DNA of 64,000 nucleotides. It comes from Candidatus Bathyarchaeota archaeon (GTDB taxonomy: Archaea; Thermoproteota; Bathyarchaeia; 40CM-2-53-6). Each line of letters opens with the position of its first letter. The stretch's first letter is position 1. A program made the translations under genes and the position numbers. The stretch covers positions 7,064-71,063 of the forward strand of contig VBAX01000049.1 of the NCBI GenBank assembly GCA_005883075.1, written 5' to 3'. The notes under the pieces were generated by a model. It saw nothing but the letters and a program-made list of their open reading frames with translations. It was not told the origin of the DNA and ran no database searches. This document shows, piece by piece, positions 35,517-42,213 of this stretch.

Positions 35517-35912
35517 TTATCTTAGCTGATAAGCCCGAAATTCGCGGACTTTATCCCTGCTCTTGGGTTTCTGATCTCTTGGCGGGCTCAGCGAAGGTTG
35601 GGTACATGTAGCCTGGTGGAGGTTTTGTTCCGGTTTCTTTTCGAAGACCTCTTTCTTGATGACGAACATTTCATTCTCCATGGATTCAAGGCTCATACTC
35701 CTCAAAATCGCGTCCTTGTACCAGATCAACTGACCTGCAAGACGGGTCCACCTGATCCTCTCGCTTGCTGGAGCGCGCTTGGACTTTGCCATCCTCGAAG
35801 CCTCGTCAATCAGATCCCTTAACGCCGCGATCATGTTATGCCTCTCGGACTGGCGCCACTTAGACATCAATGGATACGGATCTTTCTCCACATCATAGGG
35901 GGGATCCGACAT
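35517..35912 (-). CDS. hypothetical protein
   Basis: 131-aa ORF with an ATG start and no recognised family. Its 3' end overlaps the GGCTTATC-N6-GATAAGCC palindrome. Confidence 0.45.
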   Translation of the reverse strand: MSDPPYDVEKDPYPLMSKWRQSERHNMIAALRDLIDEASRMAKSKRAPASERIRWTRLAGQLIWYKDAILRSMSLESMENEMFVIKKEVFEKKPEQNLHQATCTQPSLSPPRDQKPKSRDKVREFRAYQLR

Positions 35913-36155
35913 TTCTCAAAAAGCCTAGGACTAAATCCTCTCAACAAGTATATTCACAAGAGAGCAGCACGAAGGTCCGAGCGGGAAGAGACATTCGGCA
36001 GGGGAGAGGAATTGATTTGGCTCGTCCTGATTTTTAGGATGGCGCCGTGAGTAGCATAGGAGCTGGAACCTGTGGTTCCACGCTTTTCGCAATAATTCTT
36101 GTTCATCCCACTCAAGAATGCATTTTAGACCGAATGGGATTGGCCCAGCAGCGTG

Positions 36156-36367
36156 AGAGATGTAGAGGGAGCGCTTAGATTCACTTCAAGAGAGCGCTGG
36201 CGGAAATGGCTTGAAAAAAACATGCCACCAAAATTGCGGCGCTGTTAGTAGTCTACAAGCGGCCCCCGAAGAACGAAAAATTTCCATCTCGTCATGCTCG
36301 CAGAGGGCCTGGAAGCTATGCTAACAATGGGGAACAATCTCCGGATGATAGACAATCTCCAACATAG
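36156..36367 (+). pseudogene. decayed remnant of a YdeI/OmdA-like gene (frameshifted at an A7 run)
   Basis: One frame gives RFTSRERWRKWLEKN. After the A7 run at 36214..36220 the next frame gives EKKHATKIAALLVVYKRPPKNEKFPS. Together these resemble the N-terminus of YdeI/OmpD-associated family proteins (..F.s..ewr.WLekNH....lWl.fyKk..gkPs). The downstream part is unrecognisable. Confidence 0.3.
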
Positions 36368-36635
36368 ATTAGGTATTCTCCGCGAAGAGGTTTGACGCGT
36401 GCAATTTCCTCCAGTAGATGGCTACTAGAAGAGTCCAGAAGCTTCACTATGCCTTCATCCCGTACAACGGGATGTCTCTGCGGCGAAGCTGGACGTCTAA
36501 AGACCCCCTTGAGCATCAATTCTCGTCCATTAGAATGTCTGCAATGATGGCACAACTGTCAGCTACGGGCCCGCCAAATACTCTTATCTGGGACGACTAC
36601 TCCCCGCCGTACACCTCGAGTAACGGATCGTAAGC

Positions 36636-37238
36636 GTGAGGCTGGAAAAAATGGGTCCTGATGGCGTCGTGACAGATTCGTCTCTAGAAAAGAAGCCAGA
36701 GGAGAAAGAGAGTCTTCCAATCGCGACCAGGGCTATACGGCTTGATGGAGATATTGACCGTGCGCTAGAAGCGATTGCAAAGCAAGAAAACCAGAGTGTC
36801 AGTCTCATCATGAACAAGGCCCTTCTCAGGTACGTAGACTGGGAACACCCGGCCGGAAGATTTGGCCTGATACCAGTGTCGGCTAGCGTCATGAGGAAGC
36901 TGTTCGAGCTATTGACTCTTGACCAAGCTAGGACTTTCGGCAAGGAGGCCGGAGCCCAATTCCTTTCCGAGTTCGTAAATTTCCGGTTTAAGGTCTTGAA
37001 CTTCAACGCACTCCTCAAAGCACTCGACTTCTTGGGAGACCGGTATGCCAGAGAATTCCATTTCGACCAGAGCTTTGATGGCAAAGTCCACACCATCATA
37101 ATAAAGCACGATAGAGGATCTGCTACGTCAGCATACTACGCTGAGGCATTGAAAGCCCTTCTCGAGCGCTTAGGTCTCAGAGCAGACACGGTCGAAAGCG
37201 ATCAACAGGTCACCATCACCGTCCGCGGTCATGATTGA
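36636..37238 (+). CDS. ribbon-helix-helix (CopG/Arc-like) domain protein with conserved about 130-aa C-terminal domain, paralogue 1
   Basis: 200-aa ORF. The RHH pattern is TRAIRLDGDIDRALEAIAKQENQSVSLIMNKALLRYVDWE. The C-terminal domain is shared with 38573..39148 (FGKEAG..SEFVNFRFKVLNF..LKALDFLGDRYAREFHFDQSFDGKVHTIIIKHDRG..SAYYAE..DTVESDQQVTITVR). Confidence 0.75.
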   Translation: MRLEKMGPDGVVTDSSLEKKPEEKESLPIATRAIRLDGDIDRALEAIAKQENQSVSLIMNKALLRYVDWEHPAGRFGLIPVSASVMRKLFELLTLDQARTFGKEAGAQFLSEFVNFRFKVLNFNALLKALDFLGDRYAREFHFDQSFDGKVHTIIIKHDRGSATSAYYAEALKALLERLGLRADTVESDQQVTITVRGHD

Positions 37239-37369
37239 AAGAATGAACACAGGTCGCCACGCAATAAGGGTCTCATATCGGACCGGCCATCGAAGTCAAT
37301 CCTCCTCTCCACATCTGCCACTGACAGGCCTATTTGGCCGATAAGTTCGGTCAGAGAACGGAGAGCTGT

Positions 37370-38155
37370 TTAGGAAATATTGCTCAGTTCGATCACCTTG
37401 GGCCTTTTCCGGATCATTCGCGCAATCGGGGAGGAGTCCGAGGACTTGTATGCTTGCCGTTCTCTTCGACTCAAGGGTAGGTGCGCACGCTCGAATCTCT
37501 CATCGCCGGGAGGCTGTAGGTTCTTCAACGGGTCCATCGAAATCTCTGCCACGACTTGGTTGTCCGTGCTGGTCAAACTGAACCGTTTGACCTCGCCTTC
37601 GAAGCTCTCTCTGATCATAGTTTCCAACATTCCTTCATAGAAGAGGGACCATTTCTTCCCCATGCCATGCAGAAGCGTCAACATTCGCGTGGAGCCAGTT
37701 GTGGCTTGGTCGAAATGGAACATTCTTCCGTATCGGCCGAACAGTTCAAGGACGCGGATACGAGGCACGATGCCATGCTCCCGAGAATAGGATGTGGCAA
37801 CAGTCCTCCACTCGTGGAGCCACTGCGACTTCCCAAGCTCGCGGACATGCTCCTCTGGGACCCACATCATCAGTTTGACGAGAAGCGAGGAGAATGTCGA
37901 CGCAACCCGGAACCTCTCGCTAACCACATCCCACTCCACGTATTTCCTCAACGCACGGTTAGCGATGACGTTTACACTGAGACCTTGTTGTTCGGCCTCC
38001 TTAGTGAGTCTTTCAATGGTGTCGGTTTCCAAATGAAAAGTGAAGGTCTTCGACTTGACTCGACGCGATCGGTTTGAAGAAGACAAAATTCTCGATCCCC
38101 TCTGAAGGAGGCTCCTCGACCCAGGGGTGTTGGTCCTGAGAACTAGCGAAAACAT
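37370..38155 (-). CDS. RHH domain protein, paralogue 2 (most divergent, C-terminal extension)
   Basis: 261-aa ORF. The RHH pattern is KTFTFHLETDTIERLTKEAEQQGLSVNVIANRALRKYVEWD. The same C-domain layout follows (VRELGKSQ.., LELFGRYGRMFHFDQATTGSTRMLTLLHGMG). Confidence 0.7.
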   Translation of the reverse strand: MFSLVLRTNTPGSRSLLQRGSRILSSSNRSRRVKSKTFTFHLETDTIERLTKEAEQQGLSVNVIANRALRKYVEWDVVSERFRVASTFSSLLVKLMMWVPEEHVRELGKSQWLHEWRTVATSYSREHGIVPRIRVLELFGRYGRMFHFDQATTGSTRMLTLLHGMGKKWSLFYEGMLETMIRESFEGEVKRFSLTSTDNQVVAEISMDPLKNLQPPGDERFERAHLPLSRRERQAYKSSDSSPIARMIRKRPKVIELSNIS

Positions 38156-38572
38156 TCACATTTAAACCAACACTTTTGGCCAAAGAACAAGAATAGCCCG
38201 CAATCATTAGAATCCCGCCACAAACTAGCCCTGCGGATATTAGGAGACGACCGGAACAATGCAGCGCTGGCTTGAGATGGATACATCAACACGAAAGGAT
38301 GGTTCCAAAGTCAGTGGGTTCCAAGTCTTGGATTCCCGTTATCGGGTTCAGCACAGCATGTTCAAGTCGGCGGTCTCAGCTCTGCGATCATCCTTCGTTA
38401 GTGAAATGAAGGTGAGGCATCTGAACAACGCACTGACGTGTTGGCCTTGATCCAACATCGCTGCCATCCCACGACATGCGCTCCGCGTTGAAGACCGGTG
38501 TGTCAAGCGGCGCTTGACAGCATAACCCTTTGCCTGATCAGGCCGAGTGAGCCGTCGTTATTACTACCTTAC

Positions 38573-39148
38573 CTAATTCCGAACTGTGATCGTAACCTGT
38601 TGATCGCTCTCGACCGTGTCCACTTTAAGATTCAAACGATTGAATAGAACCTTCGCCATCTCGGCGTAGTATGCTGACGTCATAGGTCCTCTATCGTGTT
38701 TGAAAATGATTGTGTGCATGCTCCCATCGAAGCTGTGTTCGAATCTGAAAGATCGGGCGTACTCGCTACCCAGAAGTTCCAAGGCCTTTACCGTAGTGTC
38801 AAAGTCAATCTTCTTGAACCAGAAGTTGATAAACTCAGAATACTCGTTCTCAGCCGACTGTCTGCCTAATTCCCTAGCTTCCGCGTCAGTGAGGCTCTCG
38901 TATATTCTCCTCATCTTGGCAGTAAACACCATCATGAACCCAAACTTCTCCGCATAGATCTCCCACTCAACATGTCTCCTGAGTGCTTTGTTAATTATGA
39001 AACTAATACTCACGTTTTCTTGATTCGCAAGCTCCTCCAACTTGAATAGAATGTCACCCTCAAGTCTTATGGTACGCGTCTCGCTCGAGACACGCGCGGG
39101 TTCAGCCTTCTCGGTTTCAAGCAATAGTTCGGTCAAGGAGTTTACCAT
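38573..39148 (-). CDS. RHH domain protein, paralogue 3
   Basis: 191-aa ORF. The RHH pattern is TRTIRLEGDILFKLEELANQENVSISFIINKALRRHVEWE. The C-terminal DTVESDQQVTITVR is identical to paralogue 1, and the coding DNA there is also near-identical. Confidence 0.75.
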   Translation of the reverse strand: MVNSLTELLLETEKAEPARVSSETRTIRLEGDILFKLEELANQENVSISFIINKALRRHVEWEIYAEKFGFMMVFTAKMRRIYESLTDAEARELGRQSAENEYSEFINFWFKKIDFDTTVKALELLGSEYARSFRFEHSFDGSMHTIIFKHDRGPMTSAYYAEMAKVLFNRLNLKVDTVESDQQVTITVRN

Positions 39149-39175
39149 GATTGGCTACCTGCGCCTGGTCGGCGG

Positions 39176-39886
39176 TCATCCTCCATAGGAAATGGGGATT
39201 TCTTGGTGCATTCGAGTCTCAGATGGTTGCCTACGGTATGATTCTGACCAGGTTGGCTTGCCTATTTCACGGGGAGTCTTTAGACGGATTACTACTTGGT
39301 CTTCGGTGCGTTCGGACTCTGGATCTAGATTCAGAAGGCCCTTGAATATGCTGGTCAAAAATTGTTCGTTGAAAACGGACCCTTTTGCGCCAAGTCCGTG
39401 TTTCACTATTATTGTATGCACTCTGCCATCGAAGGTGTGTTGCAGGCTGAAAATTCGGGCGTACCGGGAGCCGAGTAACCTTAGAGTTTCGAGAACAGTG
39501 TCCAGGCTTAGCTTCTTGAACCGGAAGAGTATGAAATCTCTCCCAAAGTTCTTTGCCGCCCATTCGCCTAGTTCCCTCGCTTGTTCGACTGTAAAATAAC
39601 TGTACATTTTCGCGTGCAGGAATCCTGGTATGGCGACGAAGCCGAATTTTTCCGCCGCGATATCCCATTCAGTAAGCTTTTGGAGAGACGAGGTCACGAG
39701 ATAGTTGACGCTGACACGCTCTTGTCTGGCCAGTTGTTGTAGCTCCAGATCGACTTGGGGGCTAAGCCGTATCGTCCTTGTAATCGTTTCGCGTGGCGTA
39801 AGGGTTCCCTGGTGGTACAACTGGTATTGGCAGGTGCGTATATTACTGTTCTGTGGTCTAATCCAATCACTTAGAACACCGCCCAC
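39176..39886 (-). CDS. RHH domain protein, paralogue 4
   Basis: 236-aa ORF. The RHH pattern is TRTIRLSPQVDLELQQLARQERVSVNYLVTSSLQKLTEWD. The C-domain reads ARELGEWAAKNFGRDFILFRFKKLSLDTVLETLRLLGSRYARIFSLQHTFDGRVHTIIVKHGLG. It lies 27 nt upstream of paralogue 3 on the same strand. Confidence 0.75.
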   Translation of the reverse strand: MGGVLSDWIRPQNSNIRTCQYQLYHQGTLTPRETITRTIRLSPQVDLELQQLARQERVSVNYLVTSSLQKLTEWDIAAEKFGFVAIPGFLHAKMYSYFTVEQARELGEWAAKNFGRDFILFRFKKLSLDTVLETLRLLGSRYARIFSLQHTFDGRVHTIIVKHGLGAKGSVFNEQFLTSIFKGLLNLDPESERTEDQVVIRLKTPREIGKPTWSESYRRQPSETRMHQEIPISYGG

Positions 39887-40392
39887 TCTGGTGGATATCT
39901 ATTCCTACACTTTTCTCTCCTGCGATTTCCCGAGTACGGCTTGATTGGTGCTGTCGATTGCAGTCAGCTTGTTAACGATGGCGGCGAGATATTACATGTG
40001 AGCACGACAGAACGTTTCGGATGCTCTTCGACTATATATCGAATGGTCTCCCTCCATTTGGCACCTTGTCCACCAAATCCAATGACCACAAGATGTAAGC
40101 GAGTATTTCGCAAGCAAAACCAGCCAAGTGAATTGGACGAATTTCCACCATTACACGTTGGAAGAGCTTTGGCTCTAGACACCTGACTCTTATCAAATTC
40201 TAACTCAACACCGTCCAACACGTTTCTTCTGTCGCCAGCTGGAAGCGTATTCGCGTCACATGATCAATTATCGCAGATTGACTTGCCAATTGAGTTGCGA
40301 TCATTTCCTCTGTTGTTGTTCGTAAACGTCCAGGCTATATGCAACAACGGTACTTACTCAGTAATCTCGGGATAGCTACGGAGTGAAAGTAG

Positions 40393-40620
40393 ATGCCAGT
40401 AGAATTTGAGATGCGAAAATGGTGCGCGATCGTAAAGCTCGAAGGATACACGACTCCCGCTAGCGCACGAGCACTAGTTCAAAAGTTTCACAATATCGTC
40501 GAGGGCTTCCGAGATGAGGGGGTCGACCTTGACGTCTTCATGCTCGTGGAGGATGAAAACGAGCTTCGATCAGTGGACGAATCTGTTACCCGCAAACCCG
40601 ACAGGACGAAGGAAAGGTAA
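40393..40620 (+). CDS. hypothetical small protein (first gene of the co-directional array)
   Basis: 75-aa ORF with an ATG start and an acidic C-terminal half. No family recognised. Confidence 0.45.
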   Translation: MPVEFEMRKWCAIVKLEGYTTPASARALVQKFHNIVEGFRDEGVDLDVFMLVEDENELRSVDESVTRKPDRTKER

Positions 40621-40667
40621 GTTCTCACACTAGAGTATCGAATTGAGGGTGAACGCGCATTAAGTCT

Positions 40668-42098
40668 TTGATGTTAACTTGGGAATTCCCGCCGAGAATC
40701 ATAGGCGGCATTTCGACTCACGTCTACCACCTTTCAAGGGCTCTGGTGGAAAAGGGAACCTCGGTTCGCGTGATAACCTGCGATTTTCCCAATGCCCCTG
40801 CCGAAGAGATTATTGACGGGGTCCCGGTATCGCGAGTCGATAGCGGCCGGGTTCCTGAGTCCAACTTTCTCCTCTGGATCTATCATCTGAACTCCCAGAT
40901 GATCTCGAAAGCTACTGAGCTATTCGAGACTGAGAGATTCGACTTGATACACGCCCATGACTGGGTTGTGGGAAGGGCGGCTGTGGAACTCAAGAATCGG
41001 CTTGGTCTTCCGCTAATCTCTACAATTCATGCGACCGAGATTGGAAGGGGAGGTAGCTTAGACGGTGAGTATCGCAGGAAAGTGAGGGACATCGAGCGGC
41101 TACTGGTAGAGCAGAGCGACGGGATTATCTGCTGCAGCAACTACATGCTCGACCATATCCAATATGTACTCGGTGCAGTGAAAACCAAGATCCGCGTTAT
41201 TCCAAACGGTGTCGAAGCATCTCGGTTCAATAACGGCCGCCAGCCACAACTCATTCCGACTGGAGTTTCCGAAGACAGAAAAACCATACTCTACGTCGGC
41301 CGGATTGTTCGCGAAAAGGGTATCTTCACACTCCTGGATGCTTTTGAGAAACTGCGAAAGCAGGGGAAGGATGTCAGCCTCGTCCTCGTAGGTGAAGGCC
41401 CACTCAAAGAGGATTTGGCCAAGGAAGTCCTCCGGAGGAAACTGAACGACCGTGTTAAGCTCGCAGGATTCGTTGACGAAAAGAAACTAGTCTCCCTCTA
41501 CAATTCAAGCGATGCCTTTGTCCTACCATCCCACTACGAACCCTTTGGAATGGTCGCACTCGAAGCAATGGCGTCACGGGTCCCTGTAGTGGTCTCAGAC
41601 GTCGGAGGACTCTCCGAAATAGTTGAGGATGGAATAACAGGCGTGAAGGTTCCAGCCGCTAACCCAAGCACCCTCGCAGAAGGTATTCTTCGAGTGCTCG
41701 AGGATCGAGAACTCTCAGAGCAGTTGAAGGAGAACGCCTACCGAGCAGTGCAAGAGAGATACAGGTGGGATATGATTGCTGAGAAGACAATCGAAGCCTA
41801 TAGAATCAGTTTTGCCAAACCATCACCGTCTTCGAGAGCGGTAGAAGATGCTGAATTTCTCAGCGACCCAGCATTAGTACAATTCCTCTTGACGATAGGT
41901 GCAACAGACGGGGAGGGAGCCATAAGCGCCGGAGAGATAGCGTCTTTAATCAAATCCCCCGAAACTCCTGTGAAGCTCAGCCTTGGAAGGCAGGCCTCGC
42001 TGGGATATGTGTCAACAAAGCTCACCCCAGACTCAGCGAGAGTTCGCTACCACTTGAGTCCAGTCGGCATAATCAAAGCCTGCAGTGACATGTCATGA
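40668..42098 (+). CDS. GT4 family glycosyltransferase (glycogen-synthase/GlgM-like) with C-terminal winged-helix-like extension
   Basis: 476-aa ORF with LTWEFPPRIIGGISTHVYHLSRAL at the N-terminus and the GT-B C-domain EPFGMVALEAMASRVPVVVSDVGGLSEIVEDGITG. An extra about 90 aa at the C-terminus reads ISAGEIASLIKSPETPVKLSLGRQASLGYVSTK..RYHLSPVG. Confidence 0.85.
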   Translation: MMLTWEFPPRIIGGISTHVYHLSRALVEKGTSVRVITCDFPNAPAEEIIDGVPVSRVDSGRVPESNFLLWIYHLNSQMISKATELFETERFDLIHAHDWVVGRAAVELKNRLGLPLISTIHATEIGRGGSLDGEYRRKVRDIERLLVEQSDGIICCSNYMLDHIQYVLGAVKTKIRVIPNGVEASRFNNGRQPQLIPTGVSEDRKTILYVGRIVREKGIFTLLDAFEKLRKQGKDVSLVLVGEGPLKEDLAKEVLRRKLNDRVKLAGFVDEKKLVSLYNSSDAFVLPSHYEPFGMVALEAMASRVPVVVSDVGGLSEIVEDGITGVKVPAANPSTLAEGILRVLEDRELSEQLKENAYRAVQERYRWDMIAEKTIEAYRISFAKPSPSSRAVEDAEFLSDPALVQFLLTIGATDGEGAISAGEIASLIKSPETPVKLSLGRQASLGYVSTKLTPDSARVRYHLSPVGIIKACSDMS

Positions 42099-42213
42099 AA
42101 AACGATCAACTTCTGTCTTCATCTTCTCTCCATCAGATCATCATCAGTTACTCTCTACTCATCAGCAGACTCAGTCTCGAAGGAACTGCAAAGGACTCAA
42201 ATCAGGATCAGCG

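Noticed and set aside
35025-35611. ORFs 35025..35258 (minus) and 35222..35611 (plus) around 35.1-35.6 kb.
   Set aside because: They overlap the tRNA-Leu gene (typical ...WDSNPRTP... translation of a T-arm) and the non-coding repeat region. No protein family signal is present.
39887-40392. ORFs 39941..40186 (plus) and 39964..40221 (minus). The latter contains LVVIGFGGQGAKW, reminiscent of a Rossmann GxGxxG loop.
   Set aside because: This is an isolated short motif with no surrounding domain context and mutually overlapping frames. It may be another gene remnant but is not supportable.
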